Below are positions 27,115 through 37,049 of a DNA stretch of 64,000 bases, piece by piece (the stretch's first letter is position 1; every line of letters starts with the position of its first letter). Under the pieces are notes generated by a model, which saw only the letters and a list, made by a program, of their open reading frames with translations, had not been told where the DNA came from and searched no databases. The DNA comes from Bacilli bacterium. GTDB lineage: Bacteria; Bacillota_I; Bacilli_A; RF39; UBA660. The stretch covers positions 18,069 through 82,068 of the forward strand of contig JAFRUZ010000007.1 of the NCBI GenBank assembly GCA_017438635.1. Direction: 5' to 3'. Both the position numbers and the translations under genes were made by a program.

Positions 27115-27573
27115 ATGGAATCTGAAAAGAAATATGTAATAAAAAAAGATGCTAAGACAGATGTTATTACTTATATGGAATATGAAAAACTAAAAGGATT
27201 GAGTGTTAAACCAAAGAATAATGTAAGTTTCGAAGATATGATAAATGTTAATGAAATGATTCTTATAAATCCTAGTTTAATAGAAAAACTTATATCTAAA
27301 AAATGCACTAAAACTTTTGATAGAATTCTTAAAATGATATCCGTAGTTTCAGATGATGAGGATGATGACACTGGATACTCACTAATTCTTGATGAAATAG
27401 CAAGGTTTAAAAATCTTCTTATGAGTAAATACAAAGACTATATGGAAGAAAAAGAATATGAGCTTAGTTTAAAAAAGTTAAAACTTTTAAAAGAAGAAGT
27501 AGAACATCGTAAAAATGCTTTAATTGAAACTTTAGAAATGGAAATGACTAGAAAAGGTAAATCTTCAAGATAG
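27115..27573 (+). CDS. hypothetical acidic coiled-coil protein
   Basis: A 152-aa ORF with RBS AAGGTGG, an acidic DDEDDD patch and a heptad-like C-terminus. I recognise no family. Confidence 0.5.
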   Translation: MESEKKYVIKKDAKTDVITYMEYEKLKGLSVKPKNNVSFEDMINVNEMILINPSLIEKLISKKCTKTFDRILKMISVVSDDEDDDTGYSLILDEIARFKNLLMSKYKDYMEEKEYELSLKKLKLLKEEVEHRKNALIETLEMEMTRKGKSSR

Positions 27574-27582
27574 GAGAGTTAT

Positions 27583-28521
27583 ATGAAAGATAAAAGAGTA
27601 GTTTTTATGGGAACACCACAGTATAGCGTTCCTGTTTTAGAGATGTTAATAGATAATACAAATGTAGTAGGGGTAGTTACACAACCAGATAAAGAAGTTG
27701 GAAGAAAAAGAGTATTAACTCCATGCCCAGTAAAAGAAGTTGCAATAACTAATGACATACCAGTATTAAGTCCTAATAAAATAAGAGAAGATTATCAAAG
27801 TATTATAGATTTAGAACCAGATATTATAATAACTTGTGCTTATGGACAAATAATACCAGAAGAGTTAATATATGCTCCAGAATATGACACTGTAAATGTG
27901 CATGCTTCACTTTTACCTCAATATCGAGGAGGAGCACCAATTCAAAGAGCTATAATGAATGGTGAAGAAGAAATGGGTATTACAATAATGTATACAGATA
28001 AAGGCATGGATAGTGGAGATATAATAAAAAAAGAATCGTTTAAAGTAGATATAGATGATACATATGATATTATCAGTGAAAAAATGAGTAAACTTGGTGC
28101 TAATCTTTTAAAAGAAGTATTACCATCTATCTTTGATAAAACATGTCAAAGAATAAAGCAAGATGATAATAATAAAACGTATGCCCCTGTTATAAAAAGA
28201 GAAGATGAACATATAGATTTTAACGATACAGCTCTAAATGTTCACAATAAAATAAGAGGACTTTCTAGTATACCTGGAGCATATGCAGTATTAGAAGAAA
28301 AAAATATAAAAATATTTCAATCCTCTTTAAATGATTGTGAAGAAACAGACAAGGTTCCTGGAACAATAACTAGGGTTACAAAAGATTCTATCTTTGTTGC
28401 ATGTAACGATAGTGAATTAAAAATAATAAAAATACAACTGCCTGGTAAAAAACCAATGCTTGTAAAAGATTATTTAAATGGTATAAAAAAAGAAGAACTT
28501 ATAAATAAAAAATTTTCATAA
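27583..28521 (+). CDS. fmt: methionyl-tRNA formyltransferase
   Basis: VFMGTP, VVTQPD, NVHASLLP.YRGGAPIQ and the 312-aa length fit Fmt. Confidence 0.9.
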   Translation: MKDKRVVFMGTPQYSVPVLEMLIDNTNVVGVVTQPDKEVGRKRVLTPCPVKEVAITNDIPVLSPNKIREDYQSIIDLEPDIIITCAYGQIIPEELIYAPEYDTVNVHASLLPQYRGGAPIQRAIMNGEEEMGITIMYTDKGMDSGDIIKKESFKVDIDDTYDIISEKMSKLGANLLKEVLPSIFDKTCQRIKQDDNNKTYAPVIKREDEHIDFNDTALNVHNKIRGLSSIPGAYAVLEEKNIKIFQSSLNDCEETDKVPGTITRVTKDSIFVACNDSELKIIKIQLPGKKPMLVKDYLNGIKKEELINKKFS

Positions 28522-28538
28522 AAAAAGGAGTGAAAATT

Positions 28539-29480
28539 ATGACAGAATTTGAAGCTGAACAACAAATAAAACAACTGATAGATTCTGGACAGTATTTTCA
28601 ACTAGGGTATGAACTTATAGAATCAATTAAGAATATTGAGCTAGATCAAGATATTAAAAACTTATTAGAAAATGTTAGTGAATACTACATTGATTATTTG
28701 GGAGACATAGAAAAACTGTCCCCCGATTTTAGAAGAATATTTTTAACTACAATAAAGGATGCAGATATTATCGATAATCAAAGTATGGAAAAAGAAGATT
28801 CGTTTTTAATATCCATATATAGACATATTCAAAAAGATAATTATGCGGTAGATAAAATAGGAAAAGTATCTAGTTTTAATCCGGATAATTTAAAAGAAAT
28901 ACATGAAGAATTATTAAAATATACGAGTTCTAGTCAAGGTAAATTAAGTGGTTTTCGTGATAATGATCGCAAATATGTAGGGTATATAGATGAGTATACT
29001 AATGAAAGAGTAATAGAGTACTTTCCAGTTAAATCTTCTGAAATAGAAGATATTGCAAAAAGAATATGTGATTATATAAATAGTCCAGATGAAGAAGAAA
29101 ACATCTTTGTTAAACCTATTATAGTTCATGGATTAATTGCAGCTTATCAAATGTTTAATGACGGAAATACTAGATTAGCTAGACTAGTTCAACATGAATT
29201 GATAAGAAGAAATACTAATAATCTTGGATATAATTATGAGACACCAACATTTTATGCTACTAGAATGTATTATCCTTTAAGATCTGTTTATCGTGGCTTA
29301 ATTACTAAACTAGTTCTAAATCATGATAACAATGCCTGGAGAGAATGGATTAAGTTTAATGCAAGAACTTTTGATAACAGTATAGCGGTAAACTACGATA
29401 ACATTGTCAAACTAGAAAGAAGTGCAATTATGAACTTAGAGGATAATGATATAAACACCCGTTATTATAAAAACAAATAA
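28539..29480 (+). CDS. Fic/Fido-domain protein with degenerate active-site motif
   Basis: GFRDN..YVG and IVHGLIAAYQMFNDGNTRLARL align to the Fic motif HPFx(D/E)GNGRxxR with Gln in place of His. ATG at 28539 follows AAGGAG. Confidence 0.6.
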   Translation: MTEFEAEQQIKQLIDSGQYFQLGYELIESIKNIELDQDIKNLLENVSEYYIDYLGDIEKLSPDFRRIFLTTIKDADIIDNQSMEKEDSFLISIYRHIQKDNYAVDKIGKVSSFNPDNLKEIHEELLKYTSSSQGKLSGFRDNDRKYVGYIDEYTNERVIEYFPVKSSEIEDIAKRICDYINSPDEEENIFVKPIIVHGLIAAYQMFNDGNTRLARLVQHELIRRNTNNLGYNYETPTFYATRMYYPLRSVYRGLITKLVLNHDNNAWREWIKFNARTFDNSIAVNYDNIVKLERSAIMNLEDNDINTRYYKNK

Positions 29481-29583
29481 GATCAAAAGCAGTGTATGAC
29501 ACTGTTTTTTTTGTATTTTTTCCTATTTTGTGTTATAATCTATATGTTGCTTACTATTTAAAAAAACTAAGAAAGGAGATTTT

Positions 29584-31230
29584 ATGAGTAAAATAAAAAT
29601 TTTTGCCCTTGGTGGGCTCAATGAAAATGGCAAGAATATGTATATTGTCGATGTAGATGATAATATATTTGTCTTTGATGCTGGTTTAAAGTATCCTACT
29701 GCCAATATGCTAGGAGTAGACTATATAATACCTAAATTTGATTATTTAATAGAGAATAAGGAAAAAATAAGGGGTATATTCTTAACGCACGCACACGATG
29801 GAAATATTGGGGCTATGGCAGATGTTATGAGTGAATTAAAAGATGTCCCAGTATATGCCACGAAATTTACAATGACTGTTTTAAAAATGGAATTAGAGAA
29901 GTATAATATTGCTGCAACTAATCTAAAAGAAATAAGGCCACATTCTAAAATTGATGTAGCAGGTTTTTCTATATTTCCTATTGCAGTAACTCACTCAATT
30001 CCAGAAACAGTAGCATTTGTTCTATATACAAACGATGGAGCAATAGTATATGCAACAGATTTTGTTTTTGATTCTGCAATGCTTGGAGCATACAAAACAG
30101 ATATTGGGAAACTGGCTTATGTTGGAAAACAAGGAGTTTTATGCTTAATGGCTGAATCAAGTTATGCCCATAGAGAAGGACATACTAGTCCACATCACAG
30201 AATATCAAATGAAATTTGGAATGTTTTAAATAAAACAGAAAATAGAATAATAATTAGTTTAATACCGGAACATGTATATAGAATTCAAGAAATATTTGAT
30301 CAAGTATCAAGAACAGGAAGAAAAATAGTATTAATGGGAAAGCAATTGCAAAAACTTGTTAATTTTGCAAGTGCAGAGAAGTATTTAAACTTTGACCCTT
30401 CTATAATTGGAGACTTATCAAATGTTAATGATAAAAATGCTGTTATAATTACTTCTAATGAAAAAGATAAGACATATGCAAACCTAGAAAAAATAATAAG
30501 CAGATATGATAAATATATTACCTTAAAAGCTGGAGACACAGTATTTATAGCAGAGCCTGTTTATCCTGGTGATGAAAAAAAGATAGCTAAAATAATGGAT
30601 GATTTATCAAGACTAGATGTAGATGTTGTCACATTACAACCCAACAAACATGTTCTTCACCATCCATCAAGTGAAGATTTAATGCAAATGATAAATCTAA
30701 TGAATCCAAAATATTATTTTCCAATAAAAGGTGAGTATAGATATCAATACATGAATGCAACTGTTGCAGAACAAGCAGGAATGAATAAAGAAAACATTTT
30801 ATTAAAACTAAATGGTGATACTGTTAGATTTGTAGATGGGAAACTAGTAGATGAACCAGAACACATAATTGTAGATGAAACACTAATCGATGGAACTAGT
30901 TCAGATGATATAGGAGATCTAGTTTTAAAGGATAGGGAACTTCTATCTAAAAATGGTATAGTTATAGTAAGTGCAACAATAGACAAAAAAACAAAGAAAA
31001 TACTGGCTAGTTCTCAAATCTTAACAAGAGGTTTCATTTATGTAAAAGATAATTTAGATATCATTGCAAAAAGTGAAGAAATATCAAATAAAGTAATTGA
31101 AGAGTGCATTAAAGGTAAAAAAGTAGACTTTTCAGGAATTAAAAACAAGATAAGAGAAGAACTAGGTAATTACTTTAACGAAGTAACTGGTTCAATTCCA
31201 ATGATAATAACAGTTATTTTAGAAATATAA
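29584..31230 (+). CDS. RNase J-family protein (J2-like paralog, metal ligands degenerate)
   Basis: It is collinear with B. subtilis RNase J1 over its full length (IFALGGL.E.GKN, GVLCL, PIKGEYR, SRGFIYV). Motif II reads THAHDGNIGA instead of THGHEDHIGG. Confidence 0.85.
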   Translation: MSKIKIFALGGLNENGKNMYIVDVDDNIFVFDAGLKYPTANMLGVDYIIPKFDYLIENKEKIRGIFLTHAHDGNIGAMADVMSELKDVPVYATKFTMTVLKMELEKYNIAATNLKEIRPHSKIDVAGFSIFPIAVTHSIPETVAFVLYTNDGAIVYATDFVFDSAMLGAYKTDIGKLAYVGKQGVLCLMAESSYAHREGHTSPHHRISNEIWNVLNKTENRIIISLIPEHVYRIQEIFDQVSRTGRKIVLMGKQLQKLVNFASAEKYLNFDPSIIGDLSNVNDKNAVIITSNEKDKTYANLEKIISRYDKYITLKAGDTVFIAEPVYPGDEKKIAKIMDDLSRLDVDVVTLQPNKHVLHHPSSEDLMQMINLMNPKYYFPIKGEYRYQYMNATVAEQAGMNKENILLKLNGDTVRFVDGKLVDEPEHIIVDETLIDGTSSDDIGDLVLKDRELLSKNGIVIVSATIDKKTKKILASSQILTRGFIYVKDNLDIIAKSEEISNKVIEECIKGKKVDFSGIKNKIREELGNYFNEVTGSIPMIITVILEI

Positions 31231-31259
31231 AAAACATAATCAAACGATTATGTTTTTTT
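31229..31259. terminator. bidirectional terminator between convergent RNase J-like and LCP genes
   Basis: The hairpin AAAAACATAATC-AAAC-GATTATGTTTTT has a perfect 12-bp stem flanked by A/T runs. Confidence 0.7.
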
Positions 31260-31260
31260 A

Positions 31261-33321
31261 TTATTCTCCAGTTTCAGGTTCAGGATCTGGATCAGGTGTA
31301 GGTTCTGTTTTTTCTACACAACTTGTTCCGTTGTCCTCTTTGCCTTCAGGACAGACACAATTGCCACTTCCATCGTCAACATATCCTGCATCAGTTTTAT
31401 CACATGTTTTAGTTGGCTCAGGTTCTGGAGTAGGCTCAGGCTCTGGAGTTGGTTCTGGTTCACTAGAGACAGCCTTTGCAACTGTTAATGTTATTGATCC
31501 TGATATTAAATCTAATCTCTTATTTTCAGGATAACTTTGATCCATTACTTGACCTGCAGGTACCTCACTAGTTTCTTTATAAACTACATTAACACCAATT
31601 CCATGACTTGATAACCAACTTCTTGCATAACTTTCACTAGAACCTACGAAATTAGGAAGTAAACTATATGAAGTACCACCACCATATACATCTGCTCCAA
31701 TTACTTTTTGTTCAAATGGCTTTTCAATATTAAATTCCATCTTTTTAACTATTGTAACTTCTTCAAGTCCTAAGTTTTGTTTCATTGTACTAACAATAGT
31801 ATTTAAACTAGCTCTATCTGGTATATAATTATACAAAGTTAATCCTATACCTTCATCATATATCATAGCACTAGAACCACTTAAATATAATTGAGTCATA
31901 TTAATTAAGTTACTTGAACTATGACTTGTTTTTATTAATCCTTTAGCAATGTTATAAAAAGATAACATTTGTTTTGTAGTAAAATTAGTATCCATACTCA
32001 TACTTACAGTATCAAGTATAGTTAATAACTGACTAGCACTTCTTATACTCTTAATTTTATTAAGTATTCCTTGTACTACAAGTTGTTGATTAACACCTCT
32101 TTGAAGGTCACCAGTAAGAAGTGTTTTTCTATGTCTTGCAAGTGCTAATGCTTGTTCACCATTTAATTTTTGTTTTCCTTTTTTAAGACATATTAAGTTT
32201 TCTGATTTTGTAGATCTCTTAGAATTAGATTCACAGAATTCTATAGGAACATCTACTTCAATTCCTCCCAAGGCATTTACTAAACTTATTACACCTTGAA
32301 AATTAACTTTTACGTAATAATCAATATTAATTCCTGTAAAGTTTTCAATTGTCTTTATCATACAAGATTCACCATTCCATGCTGCATGAGTTATTTTGTT
32401 TTCTCTTTGACCTGCAAAACATGCAATAGGCACATATGTATCTCTAGGAATACTAAGTATTGTAGCATTAAGTGTCTTTGGATTAAATGTTACTAACATT
32501 AATGAATCTCCATTACCTGTAGCATTCTTAGATAATTCTTTTTGTGTAGAATCAATACCCATAACGAGTAGGGTAAATGGTTTATCTATTTTATCTGATG
32601 TATTGAAATTTAAAATATCATCACCAGTATATTTACTAGCTTCTTCTTTTGTTAAAGTCTTTGATTTTTCAATTACTATTTTAGTATCTTCTTCTATGTT
32701 TTTATACTTATCAATACTTTTAAACATACTAGGATAGTTTTTACTAATCATTATAGCATCTACTTTTTTATTATATAAGTCTTTAACTAAAGATGTTACA
32801 TTTGAATATTCTTTTATATTATCTTCAAGGCCATTATCTTTAGCAATTTCCATTCCTATGACATATCCATCAATAGATGTCTCATCAATAACTATACCAA
32901 TCTTTTTCTTTTTTAAATCTTCTACTTTTTCAACTTTTGAATCTTTCATTACTAATACTGCTGTAGTATAAGTTATCTTATCTTTATTCATATTATCTAA
33001 AGAAGAATATGATTTATATATAAAGTATCCTGCAAAAGACTGAACAGCAATCATAATAATTGATAATATAATTGTAATAATTATTCCAATCTTTTTCTTT
33101 TTCTTAAAAAATCTTCTAACTACAAACACGAGAGCAATATTTAATAATAAAATTACTCCCATAGCAATGTATCTTAATTTATCTTCAACGCCACTTATTT
33201 TATATAAACAAAATACTAGAAAAGCACCAGAAGCAATAGTTATTAAATTAAGTAGTGTAATAGCAATCCTTTTAACTATTGAAGGTTTCTTAGGCTTTTC
33301 TAAAACTATATTTTCATTCAT
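31261..33321 (-). CDS. LytR-CpsA-Psr (LCP) family protein with extra N-terminal extracytoplasmic domain, C-terminal PASTA domain and Pro/Glu-Cys-rich tail
   Basis: The LCP core is LLVMGIDS...GDSLMLVTFNP...SIPRDTYV. The PASTA-like segment is LPNFVGSSESYARSWLSSHGIGVNVVYKE...GSITLTV. The tail has EPEPTPEPEPTPEPEPT and 5 Cys. RBS is AAGGAGG. Confidence 0.8.
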   Translation of the reverse strand: MNENIVLEKPKKPSIVKRIAITLLNLITIASGAFLVFCLYKISGVEDKLRYIAMGVILLLNIALVFVVRRFFKKKKKIGIIITIILSIIMIAVQSFAGYFIYKSYSSLDNMNKDKITYTTAVLVMKDSKVEKVEDLKKKKIGIVIDETSIDGYVIGMEIAKDNGLEDNIKEYSNVTSLVKDLYNKKVDAIMISKNYPSMFKSIDKYKNIEEDTKIVIEKSKTLTKEEASKYTGDDILNFNTSDKIDKPFTLLVMGIDSTQKELSKNATGNGDSLMLVTFNPKTLNATILSIPRDTYVPIACFAGQRENKITHAAWNGESCMIKTIENFTGINIDYYVKVNFQGVISLVNALGGIEVDVPIEFCESNSKRSTKSENLICLKKGKQKLNGEQALALARHRKTLLTGDLQRGVNQQLVVQGILNKIKSIRSASQLLTILDTVSMSMDTNFTTKQMLSFYNIAKGLIKTSHSSSNLINMTQLYLSGSSAMIYDEGIGLTLYNYIPDRASLNTIVSTMKQNLGLEEVTIVKKMEFNIEKPFEQKVIGADVYGGGTSYSLLPNFVGSSESYARSWLSSHGIGVNVVYKETSEVPAGQVMDQSYPENKRLDLISGSITLTVAKAVSSEPEPTPEPEPTPEPEPTKTCDKTDAGYVDDGSGNCVCPEGKEDNGTSCVEKTEPTPDPDPEPETGE

Positions 33322-33382
33322 TATTGGCCTCCTTTATCTATATTAGACTACTATTATTATATAATATATATTCGTAATATTC

Positions 33383-33413
33383 AAGCAAAAGAAAAAGGCA
33401 ATTTAATGCCTTT
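33383..33413 (-). terminator. rho-independent terminator after ponA
   Basis: On the minus strand, the hairpin AAAGGCA-TTAAAT-TGCCTTT is followed by TTTCTTTT. Confidence 0.55.
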
Positions 33414-33420
33414 ATTTTTA

Positions 33421-36309
33421 TTACGGTGTCGTTTCAGGAGGTGTTTCAGGTTCGTCATTACCCTCAACATATACCTTTGTTGTGGCAGTAGATGATTCTC
33501 CGTCATATTTTACTTTATATGTAATTGTATAAGTTCCAGGTTTACTAAAATCAGTACAACCATCTGGTCCAGAAACACTATGAGTAATTGTAGCAGATGC
33601 TGTAACATCAACACCGTTTTCATAAACTGTAAATGGATGTGAATCAATAGGTGCTGGATCTCCAACTGCTATAGTGATTTCAGAATCAACGTTACTCTTA
33701 ATACTTATTCTTTGACTTAAACTCTTACTAATTCCTGAACTCATATTGCTTGTAGTATTTTTATAAGCAGTTTTAACTGTATATGTACCAAATGGACTAG
33801 CCCCTGAATATGTATAACTTGTACCTGTTGTAAATCCTAAAAGTTTTCCATTTAAATATACGTTATATCCAAATGCTCCAAATGATTTATCGCTTTCTTT
33901 AGGTTTAGCAGCTGCTCCCCAAGATAAACGAACAGAGCCAGAACTATAACTCAAACGTAAATTTGATGGATTTGGTAAAGTATCATATTTTTTAGTTACA
34001 GTCTTAGGAGTATGACCTCTTCTGAACAATTCTGTAATAATCATACTGCTTGGAGTAGCGGCACTAGGTAATTGTTCAGTACCTTTAACAACTTTTACTG
34101 ATACAACACTTGATGGTTTTGTCCATCTAGAACCATTATTATCAAACAATGCCTTACTACAAGAAGAGAATAAATAATTTCTGTGATTAAACATTTGAGA
34201 CATTGTCAAATATCTACCATATTTATTTTCAACATATCCAGTCCACATTGCTATAACTGTGTCTGGTGTATAACCTACAATCCAACCATCTGGAGCAGCA
34301 TCACTAGAGTATCCCCAACGATAAGCTGTTTGAGTATCATAATTTGTAGTACCTGTCTTCATAGCATATTGACTATTAGTATAAACTGAAATTCCATTGT
34401 GAGATGCTACACCTTTTAATACATCAGTAACCATATAAGCAGTAGCGTCACTCATAGCTCTTTCACCTTCAGGTTTAAATTCTATCTTTTCATTTGAATT
34501 TCTTAAAATAATTTTGCTAACAGTATATGGTTCATAATAAGTACCACCGTTACTAAATGCTGTATATGCGCCAGCCATTTGAAGTGGAGATGCACCATTA
34601 AATGCTCCAAGTGCATGAGCTTGATGTAAATATGGATAATCAGTTTTCGAAGAATTCTTCTTATTAACACATTTTTTAGAAGAAGTATCGTATTCATATC
34701 CACTTGCACACAATTCAGGTTTAATACCTAAACCAGTAGCAAAATCAATTTTTTTCTGCATATCTACAGATTGAAAAGCAAGTACTGCAGGAACATTTCT
34801 TGAATCCATAAGTGAATATCTAAGTGTAATGTTTCCTCTGTACGCTCCATCGTAGTTAACTATTCTTTGACTAGTTCCTGAATAGTATATAGGATGGTCA
34901 TTAAATATATGTGCAGTAGAATAGTAGTTATACTCAATAGCAGGACCATAATCAAATATTGGTTTTGCAGTTGATCCTATTTGTCTTGATATATCAGTTG
35001 CATAGTTAAATGTTCTTTCACCTGTTCTATTTCTACCAGCACCAACTGCTAGTATTTTACCAGTGTGACTATCTACTGCAATAGCAGCACCTTGTATTGA
35101 ACTATTAACCCAAGTATGAGTTTTTCCACTGAACACTTTTTCAATAGCTTGTTGTCTTTTAGGATCTAGGTTTGTAAATACTTCCATAGGTACAGCATAT
35201 GGATCCATACCTGTTTTATTAATTAATTCTTGTATTACCAAGTCTATATATCCTTGATATTTATTAGTAGTTGAGTTACCATCTTTAGCAAGTAATCTTT
35301 TTACAGGAATAGCTTCTGCTATTTCTTTCTCTTCTTCTGTTATATAACCATGTCTTACCATAAGTGATAAAACTGTAGAACGTCTTTGAGTAGCAGCTTC
35401 AGAATCTAAATAAGGATCATAAGCACCAGGTGCTTGGAATAGACCAGCAATAAGAGCTGCTTCTGATAAGTTCATTTGCTTAGCATGTTTACCAAAATAT
35501 GTTTGTGCTGCTTGTTCAACACCGTATGAATTACTACCTAAGAAAGGTTCATTTACATAGAATTCTATTATTTCTTGCTTTGTAAATGCTCTTTCTATTT
35601 TAAATATTGATAGATATATATCAGTAAACTTTCTTATTATACCTTGAATACCTTCAGCTTCACGAGAAGTAAAATTATTTTTAGCAACTTGCATTGTAAG
35701 AGTAGATCCACCACCTGCATCAGAAGCTCCTGCAAGTTGACCTATAACAGCTTTAATAAATCTTGGAGCATCTACACCGTTATGTTGGAAGAATCTAGAA
35801 TCTTCAGTAGCAACTATTGCATCTACTAAAACGTTAGGAAGTTCATCATATTCAAGCTTTTCTCTTTTTTCAGTACCAAGAGTAGCTACAATGTTCTTTT
35901 TACTATCATATACAATAGTAGTTTCGTTTCTCTCTAATTTAGTAGTATCAAACTCTGGTGCTGATAGTATAACTGCAGTAAAGAAAGCAATAAATGCTAA
36001 AACTCCAAGTATACCCATAAGTAATATAAATAAGAATCCTGCTTTAGCGCGTCTTCTTTTTTTACTTCCTACTGGATATCTATCTATTACTTGTACGAGT
36101 AGCACTAGTAATAGATAAAGAACAGTAAATGGTACAGCAACCAAAGTTCCAAAAACGAAATATCCTACAATTAAGAAGGCTAAAGCAGTTATTCCTATAA
36201 AAGCAAATGTAAACATTGATACTTTTTTAGGTTTCATCATATCAGCTCTTCTTCTCATTTCCTTTTTCTCTTGTTTATTTTTTTTAATTTTTACTTTTCT
36301 TTGTTTCAT
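33421..36309 (-). CDS. ponA: class A penicillin-binding protein (PBP1A-type glycosyltransferase/transpeptidase) with Fn3/Ig-like C-terminal extension
   Basis: GT51 motifs are EDSRFFQHNGVD and GGSTLTMQ. Transpeptidase motifs are STAKP, SRN and KTGT. The ATG overlaps the recU TGA (ATGA at 36306-36309). Confidence 0.9.
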   Translation of the reverse strand: MKQRKVKIKKNKQEKKEMRRRADMMKPKKVSMFTFAFIGITALAFLIVGYFVFGTLVAVPFTVLYLLLVLLVQVIDRYPVGSKKRRRAKAGFLFILLMGILGVLAFIAFFTAVILSAPEFDTTKLERNETTIVYDSKKNIVATLGTEKREKLEYDELPNVLVDAIVATEDSRFFQHNGVDAPRFIKAVIGQLAGASDAGGGSTLTMQVAKNNFTSREAEGIQGIIRKFTDIYLSIFKIERAFTKQEIIEFYVNEPFLGSNSYGVEQAAQTYFGKHAKQMNLSEAALIAGLFQAPGAYDPYLDSEAATQRRSTVLSLMVRHGYITEEEKEIAEAIPVKRLLAKDGNSTTNKYQGYIDLVIQELINKTGMDPYAVPMEVFTNLDPKRQQAIEKVFSGKTHTWVNSSIQGAAIAVDSHTGKILAVGAGRNRTGERTFNYATDISRQIGSTAKPIFDYGPAIEYNYYSTAHIFNDHPIYYSGTSQRIVNYDGAYRGNITLRYSLMDSRNVPAVLAFQSVDMQKKIDFATGLGIKPELCASGYEYDTSSKKCVNKKNSSKTDYPYLHQAHALGAFNGASPLQMAGAYTAFSNGGTYYEPYTVSKIILRNSNEKIEFKPEGERAMSDATAYMVTDVLKGVASHNGISVYTNSQYAMKTGTTNYDTQTAYRWGYSSDAAPDGWIVGYTPDTVIAMWTGYVENKYGRYLTMSQMFNHRNYLFSSCSKALFDNNGSRWTKPSSVVSVKVVKGTEQLPSAATPSSMIITELFRRGHTPKTVTKKYDTLPNPSNLRLSYSSGSVRLSWGAAAKPKESDKSFGAFGYNVYLNGKLLGFTTGTSYTYSGASPFGTYTVKTAYKNTTSNMSSGISKSLSQRISIKSNVDSEITIAVGDPAPIDSHPFTVYENGVDVTASATITHSVSGPDGCTDFSKPGTYTITYKVKYDGESSTATTKVYVEGNDEPETPPETTP

Positions 36310-36854
36310 AGCATACCTCCATATTTATCTATGATTTCAATATAATCAATTTTAGGCATTAACTTATCTTTAATTAAATGACCTTTTTCTCTAAAATAAT
36401 CAATTGGTACTGATTTTCTAGGACTAGTATTTATAAAATTAATAAACTCTCTTCCAAATAATAAATATGTTTCATTTATTTTAGTGAATCTAACTATTAA
36501 AAAACAAATACCTCCATGTCTTAGAACTCTTTCCATATGTTTTATTTGATGCGCATGAATATTAGCAAGAGGAAAGGCTGTTCTAGTAGTTTCTTTTGCT
36601 TCAAAGTCGACATATTTTCCGTCATACAAACCGTTGTAATCAGTAGTAGAGGGCTTTTCAAAATATGCATTGACTATCTTTTCATTAATTTGTTTTACCA
36701 CTTTAACAGGAGTAGGCTTCTTATAAATAACAGCAATATCATTATCTAAATAGTATTTATTAGATTCATTAAGCTCTGCCTCTAAAGTCATACCTCTGTT
36801 TCCATAATACTTAAATTTCGCGGTTTTTTCTATCTTATTTGGATACTTAATCAA
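36306..36854 (-). CDS. recU: Holliday junction resolvase RecU
   Basis: YGNRGMTLE...IYKKPTPVKVV...DF.AKET... is the RecU pattern. It has an apparent TTG start after GGTGATGA. The recU-ponA order matches Bacillus. Confidence 0.85.
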   Translation of the reverse strand: MIKYPNKIEKTAKFKYYGNRGMTLEAELNESNKYYLDNDIAVIYKKPTPVKVVKQINEKIVNAYFEKPSTTDYNGLYDGKYVDFEAKETTRTAFPLANIHAHQIKHMERVLRHGGICFLIVRFTKINETYLLFGREFINFINTSPRKSVPIDYFREKGHLIKDKLMPKIDYIEIIDKYGGML

Positions 36855-37049
36855 AAATCATCACCGTACTAAAATTATACTATAAATACATAAATTTATC
36901 AATATAATAAGGATATATAGAGAATAGCAAATGTATATACATGTATTGTTTTACAAAAACAATGTAAATTATATACAAAAACAAAAGTAAACAATTGTAA
37001 AACAAGGAAGAAAAATATATAATAAAAGTATAATGAAGGAGGAATATAT

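Noticed and set aside
31250-31534. A plus-strand ORF encoding a Gly/Ser/Val-rich peptide (GSGSGSGVGS...). Similar antisense ORFs in the track include 296-628(-), 1953-2153(-), 23796-24173(-), 36880-37123(-), 39766-40011(-), 43708-44001(+), 45131-45331(-), 48134-48475(-), 52098-52487(-) and 60604-60933(+).
   Set aside because: Each lies antisense to, or inside, a CDS with strong family signatures. None has an RBS, and their composition is typical of mirror-frame translation. The 31250 ORF is simply the complement of the Pro/Glu repeat of the LCP gene.
36945-37005. A small palindrome ATTGTTTT-ACA-AAAACAAT (36945-36963) and a distal inverted copy TTGTAAAACAA (36995-37005) in the recU/hypothetical divergent promoter region.
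   Set aside because: This is low-complexity A/T-rich sequence where such matches are frequent. There is no known operator consensus and no regulator gene nearby.
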